Below are positions 31,146 through 41,278 of a stretch of DNA of 64,000 nucleotides, one piece after another. The notes beneath the pieces are model-generated. The model did not search any database and was not told where the DNA came from. It worked only from the letters and a program-made list of their open reading frames with translations. Each line of letters begins with the position of its first letter. Position 1 is the stretch's first letter. Position numbers and translations under genes: made by a program. The stretch comes from Candidatus Binatia bacterium (GTDB taxonomy: Bacteria > Desulfobacterota > Binatia > UBA12015): the NCBI GenBank assembly GCA_035651755.1, contig DASRFA010000018.1:32138-96137 (forward strand), given 5' to 3'.

Positions 31146-31622
31146 ATGAGCGACGAGCGACCGAAGACCGCACCCCGCTTCGAGGACCAGTTCGACCAGC
31201 GCATCGCCGACGCGATGATGAAGTCGAACGACAAGCCCGATGGCCTGCCGGGATTCCTCGGGGCGCGCTTCGTCCGGTTCGAGCCCGGCCGGCTCGTCGC
31301 CGAGATGGAGGTGAAGCCCGAGCTCATCACGATCGTCGGCGCGCTCCACGGCGGCGCCATGGCGGCGTTCGTCGACCACGTGATGGGCTGCGTCCTCTAT
31401 CCGCTCATGAAGCGCGGACAATGGGCGGCGACGACCGAGTTCAAGCTCAACTATCTGAGCGCCGTGCGGAAGGGGAAGCTCGTCGCCGAATCGACCGTGA
31501 TCGCGCTCACGTCGCGCACCGCGGTCGTCCGCGTGGACGTGGAGAACGAGGGGCGCCTCGCCTGCGTGGCGCAGGGAACGCTCCTCGTGTCCGAGCCGCC
31601 GGCCGCGAAGGAAAAGCAGTAG
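31146..31622 (+). CDS. PaaI-family hotdog thioesterase
   Basis: Motifs GALHGGAMAAFVDHVMG and TTEFKLNYL. Confidence 0.85.
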   Translation: MSDERPKTAPRFEDQFDQRIADAMMKSNDKPDGLPGFLGARFVRFEPGRLVAEMEVKPELITIVGALHGGAMAAFVDHVMGCVLYPLMKRGQWAATTEFKLNYLSAVRKGKLVAESTVIALTSRTAVVRVDVENEGRLACVAQGTLLVSEPPAAKEKQ

Positions 31623-31639
31623 CCGCTTCGGGCGAGCTT

Positions 31640-34600
31640 CTACGCCACCCGCCAGACGAGCTCGCGGTCGAGCGCGGGGCGATAGCAGCAGAAGCGACCG
31701 GTCGCGATCGATTCGTCGAGGAAGCGCCCGAGGCGCGGGTGGAGCGATCCGATCCGCCGGATCGCGTCGCGGATCGTCCGGGTGACGCTGACGCGCGCGC
31801 GCTCGATCGGCGCGCCGATCCGGCGCGGCCGCCCGCCGAGGCCGAGGGCGCGCGACAGCTCGCCCGAGATCGCGGCGATCTCCGCCTCGATCGTCTGGAC
31901 GCGGCCGAGGTCGTTGAACGACCGCGCCTCCTCGAGCTCGCTCTCGAGCGACGCCATCTCCGCGCGGTATTCCGCCCGCGCCCGGCGATCGAGGATCTCG
32001 CCGGCGTCCCGCATCGAAGGCGGGCCTCCGTTCGGGTGCGCGTCGCCACCGATGCGCCGCCGGCCGCTGACGTCGAGGAGGTCGAGCACCGAGATGTCGC
32101 GGCCGGGATTCCGCAGCAGATACGCGATCTGCCGGATGCCGGTGAGGTCGCGGATGCGGATCTCCGAGCCCTGGAACGCGAGGCGCCAGAACTCGCCCTC
32201 GCAGACGAACGCGTTCGGGGCGTCCGCGGCGCGAGCGCCGGGGACGACGCGAGCGCCCTCGCCGGCATGCGCGGCCGTCGCGGCGCGATCGCGGGCGCGC
32301 GCCAGCACCTCCTCGGCGCCCGGCCGGACCTCCTCGAGCCCGAGCCGGGAGGCGACCTCGTGCGCCGCGGTCGCGAGCTCGAGCGCGCGCGGCCGCTCGC
32401 GCTCGTCGCCCGCCTCGAGCAGGAGGCGCGCGTACTCGGTCTGCGAGCGCGCGATCCACGCGACCGCCCCGAGCTGGCGATGCTCGCGCACCGCGTTCTC
32501 GAAGTGCGTCCGCGCGGCGGCGCCGTCGCCGACGCGCGCCGCGAGCCGTCCGAGGAAGTGGGAAACCCCGCCGGAGAAGCTGACTGCCGGGCGACCTGCG
32601 GTCATCCGCCCGGCGTAGGGACGGAGGAGATCGTACACGCGGCGCGCGCGCTCGACGTCGCCGAGCTCGCACGCGATGTGCGCGAGCGAGACGACGCTGA
32701 AGAGCCAGTTCGAGTCGCGCGGCAGGTCGTCGAAGCCGTGCGCCGCGAGCCGGTCGAGCTCGGCGCGCGCCTCGGGGAAGCGCTCGTTCTGGAGGTGCAT
32801 GCTCGCGAGCGCGATCCGCCAGGCGGGGACGTCGGGTGCCTGGTCGGCGCCCATCCGCACGAGGCCTTCGAGCTCGCGCAGGCGGCCCTGCTCGTAGCGG
32901 AGCATCATGAGCCCCTCGCCGTAGCGGAGGAGCGCGCCCTGCTGCTGCGCGCGCTGGCCCGCGGCCAGCGCTTCCTCGAGCAGGCGCTCGGTGTCGGCGA
33001 GGCGGCCGTCGAGGATCGCTCGCATCACGCGCCAAGTCGCGACGTGCCATGCGTAGACCGGCCGCTTCAGGCGCTCGGCGGTGCGCGCGAACGACTCGAT
33101 CGCGAGGTCGACGGCGCGGATGTCGCCGAGCTCGAGGAGGTCGTGCACGCGCCAGCTCTGCGCCTCGAGCGAGGCGACGACGTACCCGGTCTCGTCGGCG
33201 AGGCGCATGATCTCGCCTTCGAGCGCGAGGCGCTCCTCGAGGTTGTCGGGCCCGAGCACCGCGACGATCCGCATCATCAGGACCCAGGCCAGCGCGCGGC
33301 GGTCGCCGAGGGCGCGTGCCATCGCGACCGCCTCGTCCGTCAGCTCGGTGCGGCGCTTCTCGGAGGCGGGGTCGAGGTGGAGCGCGGCGCCGAGGCGCGC
33401 GAGACAGCGCGCGCGCAGCGTGCTCGGCCCGGCGGGGAGCCGCTCGATCGCCTCCTCGAGGAGGTCGACGAGCAAGCGGTCGACGAAGAAGCTCTCGACG
33501 CGCGCGTGGCTCAGTCGAAGCACGGCTTCGGCGAACGCCTCCGGTCCGACCCGGCGGGCCAGGTCGACGCCCTCGCGGAAGCTCTCGTTCATCCCGGCGA
33601 GGTCGCCGGCGCCGCTCCGCGCGTCGGCGATCGCGAGCGCGATCTGGCAGCGGAGCGCAGTCGTGTCGCCGTCGGCGAGATCGAGCGCGGCGAGCGCGCG
33701 CGCGAGCTCGCGCTCCGCCTCCTCGAACGCGAGCTGGCGAAGCGCGGCCTCGCCGGCGCGGAGGCCGTAGTCGCTCGCCTTCTTCGCGTCGCCGCCCCCG
33801 CGCGCGGCGGCGGCGAAGTGATGGGCGAGCTCGGCGAGGTGCGGGTCGAGGTCGTGGCGGTGCATCGACTCGATCGCCTCGCCGATCCGGCGATGGCTGC
33901 GGGCGCGCTCGTCGGCCGGCAGGCTCTCGTAGAGCGTCTCCTGGACGAGAGCGTGGCTGAACGAGAAGGCATCGCTCGCACCGGGGCCGCGCGCGAGCAG
34001 GCCGGAGCGCGCGGCAGCCTCGAGCGTCGCGAGCACCTCGGCGCGCGCGGCGCCGGTCACGAGCGCGACGATGCCGGCGTCGATGTCGCGCCCCGCGATC
34101 GCGGCGGTCGCGAGGACGGGCCGCGCGGACGGGCCGAGCCCGTCGACCCGGCGCGAGATCGCCGCGCGGACGCCGACCGGGATCGGAATCGCGCCCGGGC
34201 GGTCGTCGTCCCCGCCTTCGAGGCGGCGCTCGGCGGCGAGCAGCCGGACGACCTCGTCGACGAAGAACGGGTTGCCGCGCGTCGCCTCGTGGACCGCGTG
34301 CACGAGCCTCGGCCGGGGAACGACTCCGGCCCGGTCGGCGATCAGGTCCGCGACCTCGCTCTCCGCGAGACCGCGGAGCGGCAGCATGTAGCCGAGGCCG
34401 GCGAGCTCGCCGAGGAGGCGTGCCACCTCCGCCGACGCCGACGGCTCGACCTCGCGAAAGGTCACGAGCAGAAGCACGCGCGCGCTCGCGACCTCGCGCG
34501 CCAGATGCTGGAGGAGCTTGACGGACGAGAGATCGGCCCAGTGGAGGTCGTCGAGGACGACGGCGAGCGGCCGTTCCTCCGCGGCGGAGCGCAAGGCGAC

Positions 34601-34972
34601 GGCGACCCGCTCGAAGAGCTCGAACCGCGCCTGGCTCGGCGAGGCGTCCGCGGTCCCGCTCGACTGTCCGAGGAGGCGCTCGATCTCGTCGAGCCCGCCG
34701 ACGTCGAGCTGCGAGCGAGCGGCGCTCAGGACCTGGCGCCAGGGCCAGAAGGGCGGCGCGCCCTCGGCGTCGGGGCAGCGTCCCCAGAGCGCGATCGCGC
34801 CGGTCTCGGCGGCCGCGAGACGAGTGGCTTCCGCGACGAGGCGGGTCTTTCCGATGCCGGGCTCGCCGGCGACGAGCGCGAGGCCGCCGTTGCCCGAAGC
34901 GGCCGCGCGCAGAGCGCCGACCAATGCGCCCAGCTCCGTCTCCCGGCCGACGAACCGCTGCCCGCGAGACAC
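31640..34972 (-). CDS. large STAND/AAA_16 ATPase with TPR-like helical repeats and a C-terminal conserved module of unknown function
   Basis: Protein-like part of ORF 31640..36172. The start is tentatively GTG 34972 ((M)SRGQRFVGRETELGAL...); other GTG/TTG starts lie up to 35060. Walker A is GEPGIGKT and Walker B is LAVVLDDLHWAD. About 700 aa of helical repeats follow. The C-terminus reads EGEFWRLAFQGSEIRIRDLTGIRQIAYLLRNPGRDISVLDLL..., followed by a coiled coil. Confidence 0.8.
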   Translation of the reverse strand: MSRGQRFVGRETELGALVGALRAAASGNGGLALVAGEPGIGKTRLVAEATRLAAAETGAIALWGRCPDAEGAPPFWPWRQVLSAARSQLDVGGLDEIERLLGQSSGTADASPSQARFELFERVAVALRSAAEERPLAVVLDDLHWADLSSVKLLQHLAREVASARVLLLVTFREVEPSASAEVARLLGELAGLGYMLPLRGLAESEVADLIADRAGVVPRPRLVHAVHEATRGNPFFVDEVVRLLAAERRLEGGDDDRPGAIPIPVGVRAAISRRVDGLGPSARPVLATAAIAGRDIDAGIVALVTGAARAEVLATLEAAARSGLLARGPGASDAFSFSHALVQETLYESLPADERARSHRRIGEAIESMHRHDLDPHLAELAHHFAAAARGGGDAKKASDYGLRAGEAALRQLAFEEAERELARALAALDLADGDTTALRCQIALAIADARSGAGDLAGMNESFREGVDLARRVGPEAFAEAVLRLSHARVESFFVDRLLVDLLEEAIERLPAGPSTLRARCLARLGAALHLDPASEKRRTELTDEAVAMARALGDRRALAWVLMMRIVAVLGPDNLEERLALEGEIMRLADETGYVVASLEAQSWRVHDLLELGDIRAVDLAIESFARTAERLKRPVYAWHVATWRVMRAILDGRLADTERLLEEALAAGQRAQQQGALLRYGEGLMMLRYEQGRLRELEGLVRMGADQAPDVPAWRIALASMHLQNERFPEARAELDRLAAHGFDDLPRDSNWLFSVVSLAHIACELGDVERARRVYDLLRPYAGRMTAGRPAVSFSGGVSHFLGRLAARVGDGAAARTHFENAVREHRQLGAVAWIARSQTEYARLLLEAGDERERPRALELATAAHEVASRLGLEEVRPGAEEVLARARDRAATAAHAGEGARVVPGARAADAPNAFVCEGEFWRLAFQGSEIRIRDLTGIRQIAYLLRNPGRDISVLDLLDVSGRRRIGGDAHPNGGPPSMRDAGEILDRRARAEYRAEMASLESELEEARSFNDLGRVQTIEAEIAAISGELSRALGLGGRPRRIGAPIERARVSVTRTIRDAIRRIGSLHPRLGRFLDESIATGRFCCYRPALDRELVWRVA

Positions 34973-35157
34973 GATAGGACGGTAGATCGGCTCGCACGCG
35001 CCGGTCAATCGGGGTCCGATCGAGCGGGGTTCGGTCGATCGATCGGACCCAGCGAACACTGTTCGCCGGAACGTTACGCCCTCACGGTCGAGCGCGAACC
35101 TCGTCCGGGGGCTCGGACGTGCTCGAGGCCGCGCGTGACCGCGCCGCGGAGACGCGG

Positions 35158-36225
35158 CTAGTGCGGCGGCGGGAGTCCGAGGAGGCCGGCGAGCCCCTGC
35201 GTGCAGGTGTTGTTCACCTCGTAGTTCTCCGGCATCGGCAGCTCCGCCGCGCGCACGAGCGCGACGACGCGGATCATGATCACCGCGAAGCGGAACGCGG
35301 CGAAGACCTCGTAGTAGTGGAGGTGCTCGACGCGCCTCCCGACCAGCTCCTCGTAGCGCGCGATCGTGGCCTCGCGCGACGGGAAGCCGGCGAGGCGATC
35401 GACGCCGATCCCCGCAGAGTGGTGCCAGTCGAGGAAGAGCCACCAGGCGAGGTCCTGCTCCGGGTTGCCGAGCCAGACCATCTCCCAGTCGAGCACGGCG
35501 ACGCAGCGGTCGTCGCGGAACATCTGGTTGCCGATCCGCGAGTCGCCCCAGCAGAGCCCGACCGGCTCGTTCGCCGGCATGTGCTCGCGAAGCCACGCGA
35601 GCGCGGGCGTGCACGTCGGGTGCGGGCGCTCGCCCCACGCCCAGCGCAGGAAGTGCTCGTAGTAGTTGAGCTGCTGCTCGAGCGGCGTCCGGCCCCACTG
35701 GCGCGAGTCGAGGTAGTCGAAGCCGAGCGCGCGCCAATCCAGCTTGTGGACGCGCGCGAGCTTGTCGAGGCCGTCCCACCAGAGCGCCTCGCGGCTCTCC
35801 GGGCTCATCTCCGTGCACACGCCGGCGACGTGGTAGGGCGGGTTGTCGGGCGGCACGACGCCCTCGATGCGGTCCATCACGTAGAAGCTCGCGCCGAGGA
35901 CGGCGTCGCTCTCCTCGAACCAGCGCATGCGCGGAACCGGGACGTCGGTCGCGGCGAGGCGGCGCATGACGTCGTACTGCCGGCCGAGGTCGTACTCGGG
36001 GAAGATCTGCCCCTTCGGGCGCACCCGGATGACGAGCGGCTCGACGTGCGCGCCGTCGGGATCGCGCCACGCGAGGTCGAGAAGGAGCGTCTCGTTCGAG
36101 AAGCCCATGGTCGGGACGACGAGGTTCCGCACCTCCACGTCGCGTGCGTCCGGAAGGCGCGACGCGAACCACGGCGTGAGCGCGGCGCGCGTGGCTTCCG
36201 GATCCCTCTGATCGCCGATCGCCAT
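35158..36225 (-). CDS. phosphotransferase-family kinase (APH/choline-kinase-like)
   Basis: Catalytic-loop-like LCWGDSRIGNQMF and the Mg-binding region AVLDWEMVWLGNPEQDLAWW. Confidence 0.85.
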   Translation of the reverse strand: MAIGDQRDPEATRAALTPWFASRLPDARDVEVRNLVVPTMGFSNETLLLDLAWRDPDGAHVEPLVIRVRPKGQIFPEYDLGRQYDVMRRLAATDVPVPRMRWFEESDAVLGASFYVMDRIEGVVPPDNPPYHVAGVCTEMSPESREALWWDGLDKLARVHKLDWRALGFDYLDSRQWGRTPLEQQLNYYEHFLRWAWGERPHPTCTPALAWLREHMPANEPVGLCWGDSRIGNQMFRDDRCVAVLDWEMVWLGNPEQDLAWWLFLDWHHSAGIGVDRLAGFPSREATIARYEELVGRRVEHLHYYEVFAAFRFAVIMIRVVALVRAAELPMPENYEVNNTCTQGLAGLLGLPPPH

Positions 36226-36291
36226 GGCGGTATCGGATACGCGACGCGCACGCGGGTTGACAAGGCCGCGCGCGGACGGGACGACGGAGCG

Positions 36292-37071
36292 ATGACCGGG
36301 TACGTCGACGTCGAGGAAGCGCGTCGCCTGCCGGGGCTACGCCTCGTCCTCACGGAGGGCGTGCCGGGCCCGTGGAGCGAGGCGGCGAAGGCGGTGTTCC
36401 ACGTGAAGGGCATCGCGTTCGTCCGCGTCCGACAGGAAGGCGGCGGCGAGAATCGCGCCCTCCTCGAGTGGACGGGCCAGACGAGCGCTCCGGTCGCCGC
36501 CTGGAACGACGAGCCGCCGCGCACGACGTCGCTCGAGATCCTGCACCTCGCGGAGCGCCTCGCGCCCGAGCCGCGGCTCCTTCCCGAAGCCTCCGAGGAG
36601 CGCGCGCTCGTCCTCGGGACGTGCCTGGAGATCATCGGCGAGCTCGGCCTCGGTTGGTGCCGCCGCCTCCTCATGTTCCACGCGATCGTCGCGCGGACGC
36701 CGGAGGGACAGGAGCCGCCGGAAGCGATCCTGCGCATGTGCCGGAAGTACGGCTACTCGCGCGAGGCGGTCGACGCGGCGCAGAAGCGCGTGATCGCGAT
36801 CCTCGCCATGCTCGCGCGCCGGCTCGAGCGCCAGGAAGCGGAGGGCCGCCGCTTCCTCTTCGGCTCGACGCTGGGGGCGGCCGATCTCTACTGGGCGACG
36901 TTCGCGGCGCTCCTCGTCCCGCTTCCGCACGACCTCTGCCCGATGCCGGATTTCCTGCGCTGGATGTACACGAGCACCGATCCGGCCGTGGCCGCAGCGC
37001 TCGACCCGCGCCTGCTCGCACACCGGGACCGCATCTACCGCGACCATCTCCAGCTTCCGCTCGACTTCTGA
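36292..37071 (+). CDS. GST-like protein
   Basis: C-terminal part of ORF 35119..37071, starting at ATG 36292 (GGAG RBS). It has a thioredoxin-like N-domain plus a helical domain. This is a weaker family call. Confidence 0.6.
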   Translation: MTGYVDVEEARRLPGLRLVLTEGVPGPWSEAAKAVFHVKGIAFVRVRQEGGGENRALLEWTGQTSAPVAAWNDEPPRTTSLEILHLAERLAPEPRLLPEASEERALVLGTCLEIIGELGLGWCRRLLMFHAIVARTPEGQEPPEAILRMCRKYGYSREAVDAAQKRVIAILAMLARRLERQEAEGRRFLFGSTLGAADLYWATFAALLVPLPHDLCPMPDFLRWMYTSTDPAVAAALDPRLLAHRDRIYRDHLQLPLDF

Positions 37072-37165
37072 TTCCCATCGGCGCGGAGCGGTCGTGCGGC
37101 GCCGCGCGCGCGCGGAGCAACTTTCTCTCTTCAAGACGACCCGTTCGGCGGTCGATACTCGCGGC

Positions 37166-37498
37166 ATGGAAGGAGCCGGGACCCCGCCTTTCGATACCGA
37201 CGTCGCCGCCTCGTACCTCGGGAAGACGATCCTGGTCGGCGTCACGTACCTCGACCCCGAGGGAGCGACGATCCGTCGCGAGCAGGTGTACGGCGTGATC
37301 GAGGCGGTCTCGCGCGCGGGGATCGTCGTGGTGCTGCGCGGCGCGCGCGCCGGCACGGTGATCACGCTGCCGCCGCACCTGACCGCGATCCGTCCCGCCG
37401 AGCCGGGGGTGTACTCGCTCTTCGCGACCGGCGAGAGCGTCGATCACCCCGACCTGCTGTCGACGTGGCGGGTCCGTCAGCGCGCGACGATCCACTGA
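37166..37498 (+). CDS. hypothetical small protein (110 aa)
   Basis: Trimmed to ATG 37166 (MEGAGTPPFDTDVAASYLGKTILVGVTYLD...). GC3 is high. No family recognised. Confidence 0.45.
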   Translation: MEGAGTPPFDTDVAASYLGKTILVGVTYLDPEGATIRREQVYGVIEAVSRAGIVVVLRGARAGTVITLPPHLTAIRPAEPGVYSLFATGESVDHPDLLSTWRVRQRATIH

Positions 37499-37512
37499 CG
37501 AACGAACCTTCC

Positions 37513-37944
37513 GTGCGACGCTGGACCCGTCTCGCGGTGCTGGCGGTCGGCGCGACCGCGCTCGCCGTGGGGGCGCTCGCCGCGCTCACCTGGCTCGCGC
37601 TCGAGGGCCGCGAGGTGGCCGTCCTCCGAACGCGCGGCGACGCCGGCGCGGTGCGCGAGACGCGCGTCTGGGTCGCCGACGAGGCCGGCGTTCCGTGGAT
37701 CGAGGCAGGGAACCCCGAGCGCGCGTTTTACGCCGATCTCGCGCGCGACCCGCACGTCGATCTCGTCCGAGGCGGTGCGGCCGCGAGGTACGTCGCGCGG
37801 CCGCTTCCGGGCGAAGAGGGCCACCGGAAGATCCGCGGCATGCTGCGCGCGAAGTACGGCCTCGCCGACTGGTGGATCGGGTGCCTCGTCGACACGTCGC
37901 GCTCGGTCGCGATCCGGCTCGATCGCGCGCCGGCGACCGGGTGA
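37513..37944 (+). CDS. hypothetical membrane-anchored protein (possibly a split-barrel/DUF385-like fold)
   Basis: A GTG at 37513 gives (M)RRWTRLAVLAVGATALAVGALAALTWLAL, a TM anchor. The remainder loosely resembles deazaflavin-dependent nitroreductase-family (PNPOx-like) proteins. This is a low-certainty call. Confidence 0.45.
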   Translation: MRRWTRLAVLAVGATALAVGALAALTWLALEGREVAVLRTRGDAGAVRETRVWVADEAGVPWIEAGNPERAFYADLARDPHVDLVRGGAAARYVARPLPGEEGHRKIRGMLRAKYGLADWWIGCLVDTSRSVAIRLDRAPATG

Positions 37945-37988
37945 CGGCGCTACGCTCCTTCGCCCCTGGGTCGAGCCGGCGCGGTGAG

Positions 37989-39431
37989 ATGCCCGAATCG
38001 CCGCCACGCGCAGCGCTGGAACGGGCGCCCGTGGGCCGCTACGAGAGACGCGTGGCGGACCGCGAGGAGCGGGTGCGGCGGACGGAAGCGCTGGCGTACG
38101 CGCGGGCATCGCGCGCGGCGTACGAGAGCCGCCTCAGGGAGCTCGTCGAGATCCCGAGCGTCTCCGTCGACCCCGAGCGGCGCGACGACGTACGCCACGC
38201 CGCCGAGTGCGCGGCCGCGCTCGTCCGCGAGGCGGGCGGCACGGCGGAGATCCACGAGACCGGCGGCCACCCGCTCGTGCACGGCCGCCTCGATGCCGGC
38301 GCGGGCTGCCCGACGGTGACCGTCTACAACCACCTCGACGTCCAGCCGGCGAACGAGCCCGAGTGGCGGAGCGATCCGTTCCGCCTCGTGCAGGAGGGCG
38401 ACCGCTACGTCGCCCGCGGGACCACCGACGACAAGGGGCCGGCGCTCGCCGCGCTCTTCGGCGCGCGCTACGCGCGCGAGCGCGACGTGCCGGTCAACGT
38501 GCGCTTCCTCTGGGAGCTCGAGGAGGAGATCGGCTCGCCGCACTTCGAGCGCGCGATCCGGGCGCGCCGCGCCGAGCTCGCGACCGGATCGGTGGTCGTG
38601 TCCGACACGGTGTGGGTGTCGCGCCGCCAGCCCGCGTGCCCGGCGGGTCTGCGCGGCCTGCAGGGCTTCCGGCTGACGATCCGGACGGGCGCGACCGACC
38701 AGCACTCCGGCACGACCGGCGGCGCGGCGCGAAACCCCGTCGCGGAGGTCGCGGACCTGGTCGCCGCGATGGTCGACGCGCGCACCGGCCGCGTCAAGAT
38801 CCCCGGCTTCTACGACGACGTCGTGAAGCCGACGCGCGCCGAGCTCACCGACCTCGCGCGCTCCGGCTTCACGGTGGCGGGCTTCAAGCGCGACCACCTG
38901 CTGCGCTCGCTCCGGAGCGACGACGCGATCGACGTCATGAAGCGCATCTGGTGCCTCCCGACGCTCGAGGTGCACGGCATCGCCGGCGGCTACCAGGGGC
39001 CGGGCGTCAAGACGGTCGTGCCGCCGCGCGCGACCGCGATCATCTCGTGCCGCCTCGTCCCGGACATGCGGCCCGCGAAGATCGTCCGGCTCGTGCGCGA
39101 CTTCGCCCGGTCGCGCTATCCCGACGTCGAGGTGCGCGCCGAGCACGCGCTCGAGCCCTACCGCGGCCGCACGACGGGTCCGCACGCCGACGCCATCCGG
39201 CACGCGATGAAGTTCGGCTTCGGCCGCGAGCCGGTCTTCGTGCGCGAGGGCGGGTCGATCGGCGCCGTGCTGTCGATGGAGCGCGTGCTGCGTGCGCCCG
39301 TCTACTTCCTCGGCCTCTCGCTGCCGGAGCACGGCTACCATGCCCCGAACGAGAACTTCGACTGGCGTCAGGCGGAAGGCGGGATCGCGAGCTTCGCGAA
39401 GTACTTCGAGGAGGTCGCGAAGCTCGGCTGA
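37989..39431 (+). CDS. M20-family metallopeptidase (dipeptidase-like)
   Basis: C-terminal 480 aa of ORF 37695..39431, starting at ATG 37989. Motifs present: YNHLDVQP, RGTTDDKGP, EEEIGS and SLPEHGYHAPNE. Confidence 0.85.
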   Translation: MPESPPRAALERAPVGRYERRVADREERVRRTEALAYARASRAAYESRLRELVEIPSVSVDPERRDDVRHAAECAAALVREAGGTAEIHETGGHPLVHGRLDAGAGCPTVTVYNHLDVQPANEPEWRSDPFRLVQEGDRYVARGTTDDKGPALAALFGARYARERDVPVNVRFLWELEEEIGSPHFERAIRARRAELATGSVVVSDTVWVSRRQPACPAGLRGLQGFRLTIRTGATDQHSGTTGGAARNPVAEVADLVAAMVDARTGRVKIPGFYDDVVKPTRAELTDLARSGFTVAGFKRDHLLRSLRSDDAIDVMKRIWCLPTLEVHGIAGGYQGPGVKTVVPPRATAIISCRLVPDMRPAKIVRLVRDFARSRYPDVEVRAEHALEPYRGRTTGPHADAIRHAMKFGFGREPVFVREGGSIGAVLSMERVLRAPVYFLGLSLPEHGYHAPNENFDWRQAEGGIASFAKYFEEVAKLG

Positions 39432-39455
39432 GCGCGCGTCGCGAGCGCGCGCCCG

Positions 39456-40328
39456 TCAAGCGCCAACGAGCGGCCCCGACTGAGGGACGCGGCGCAGCAT
39501 CATCATCTGCGTGCCGTACGCGATGAGGCGACCGCCGTCGTCCCAGATCTCGACGGCCGCGGTCGCGTAGCCGGCGCGTGCGCGCCGCGCGTGGACGGCC
39601 GTCAGGAGCCACTCCGACGTCGTGTCCTCGAGGAAGTGCACGGTGAGGTCGAGGCTCGGCGCGTGGAAGGGCGGGTGGCCGGGCCCGAGCTTCTGCGAGA
39701 GCGCGGGCGGCATCGTGTCGGCGATCGGCGGCAGCGCGAGCGGGTCGAGCCGGCCGTCCGGAAGCCGCTGCGGGACGAGGTAGCGGAACCAGCGCGCGAT
39801 TCGCGCCGCGCCCGGCTCCCAGCCGTCGGTCCACCAGGGGTGGCCGAGCGCGAGCCGGGTGTCGAAGTTCGAGAAGAAGGCGGGCCGCTGGCCGAGGTCG
39901 ATGCCGCCGATCCGGAGCATGGGCAGCGCGTCGTCGGGGCGCGGCACGCCCGGCGGCTCGACGTCGACCAGGTCGATGCTGTCGCGGTCGCGGCCGAACG
40001 TCGCGCTCACCTCGAGCCCCGGTCCCGGCATCGTCGTCGAGGACAGCTGCGCGCGGACCTGCGCGGCCGCTCCGCCGTGCCGGAGCACCTCGACCCGGAC
40101 CTCGAGCGGGCCCGCCGGCACGGGCGAGCAGAAGTGCGTGTTCGCGGACACCGGCCGGAGGTCCGGGTCGGCGAGCTCGGCCTGCATCGCGCGCATCGCG
40201 ACCGTCATGAGGACGCCGCCCGCCGGCGAGCGGAAGTTCCAGGCGTCGGGGAGATCGGCGGTGTACCAGCCGGGCGCGACGCGCAGGCGGGTAATGGCGG
40301 TGTCGCGCGCGAGGTCGCTCGGAGTCAT
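39456..40328 (-). CDS. acyl-CoA thioesterase II-like double-hotdog protein
   Basis: Two hotdog halves (GGVLMTVAMRAM... and ...DLTVHFL...AAVEIWDDGGRLIAYGTQ). It begins 16 nt after the pssA stop on the same strand. Confidence 0.7.
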   Translation of the reverse strand: MTPSDLARDTAITRLRVAPGWYTADLPDAWNFRSPAGGVLMTVAMRAMQAELADPDLRPVSANTHFCSPVPAGPLEVRVEVLRHGGAAAQVRAQLSSTTMPGPGLEVSATFGRDRDSIDLVDVEPPGVPRPDDALPMLRIGGIDLGQRPAFFSNFDTRLALGHPWWTDGWEPGAARIARWFRYLVPQRLPDGRLDPLALPPIADTMPPALSQKLGPGHPPFHAPSLDLTVHFLEDTTSEWLLTAVHARRARAGYATAAVEIWDDGGRLIAYGTQMMMLRRVPQSGPLVGA

Positions 40329-40344
40329 GCAGCGCTGATAGCAG

Positions 40345-40971
40345 TCACCATTTCGGGATGCGGAGCGTCTTGCTGATCATCGCGCTGCCGCTGACCGCGA
40401 AGACGAGGACCAGCGGGTGGAAGGCGCCGCCGAGGATGCGGATCCGTCCGAGAGGAAGGTTCACGCCGATCGCGTCGTACCAGGTGAGGAGCGCGAGGAA
40501 GGCGACCAGGATGACGCTCGTCGGGATCGGGGTGCCCTCGAAGTACTTGACCTTGCCGGACTCGTCCGCGAGCTCCTCGGCGGTCACGTTGTAGCGCGCG
40601 AGGCGGGAGAGGCCGCAGCTCACGAAGTACACGAGCACGACCGCGTCCCACGCGCCCCGCAGGCCGACCGCGAACGCGAGCACGGCCGGCGCCACCCCGA
40701 AGGAGATCAGGTCGGCGAGCGAGTCGAGCTCGCGGCCGAGCGGCGACGCGCGGTGTCGCCAGCGCGCGACCCGCCCGTCGAGGAAGTCCAGCACCATGGC
40801 GAGCGGGGGGAGGGCGAACGCGAGCCACAGGATGCGGCGATCGCGAGTATCCATGTACTGGAGGGTCGCCAGGATCGACCCGGTGCCGGCGAAGCCGTTG
40901 GCGAGCGTGATCAGGTCCGCGAGCGAGAAGTCGCGTATCAGGGTGAAGTGGCGGCGTCGCTGGGCGGCCAT
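40345..40971 (-). CDS. pssA: CDP-diacylglycerol--serine O-phosphatidyltransferase (CDP-alcohol phosphatidyltransferase family)
   Basis: Trimmed to ATG 40971. It has the signature DFLDGRVARWRHRASPLGRELDSLAD (D-x2-DG-x2-AR...G-x3-D-x3-D) and multiple TM helices. Confidence 0.85.
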   Translation of the reverse strand: MAAQRRRHFTLIRDFSLADLITLANGFAGTGSILATLQYMDTRDRRILWLAFALPPLAMVLDFLDGRVARWRHRASPLGRELDSLADLISFGVAPAVLAFAVGLRGAWDAVVLVYFVSCGLSRLARYNVTAEELADESGKVKYFEGTPIPTSVILVAFLALLTWYDAIGVNLPLGRIRILGGAFHPLVLVFAVSGSAMISKTLRIPKW

Positions 40972-41278
40972 CGCGATCCCGGGCCGCGTTCCTGTCACAC
41001 TTGGCGGCGCATGACGAACGACCCCGGATGCGACCGGCCGCCCGAGCCCGGCCGCGCCCGGTCGAGATGCGGGCTGGGGGAAATGCCCCCGACCGGTCGC
41101 GACCGCGAAGCGTCGATTGGGAAAAATTCCCACGAAATGCGTTGACACCGCATTCGCGTCGGCCGTAGCTATGACGGCGTTCCGCCGGCGGCGGCTGCGC
41201 GTTCGGACCGCCCACCGAGTGCGCCGGCCGCCATCATGGATCGGCTGGCTGTATCTCGCAGCACCTGGAGGGAGTCGG

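Noticed and set aside
41142-41172. Sigma-70-like promoter (perfect TTGACA at 41142-41147) upstream of the PQQ dehydrogenase
   Set aside because: No convincing -10 hexamer lies at 16-19 nt; TAGCTA and AGCTAT match only 2 of 6 positions. A lone hexamer is not enough in a 64-kb scan.
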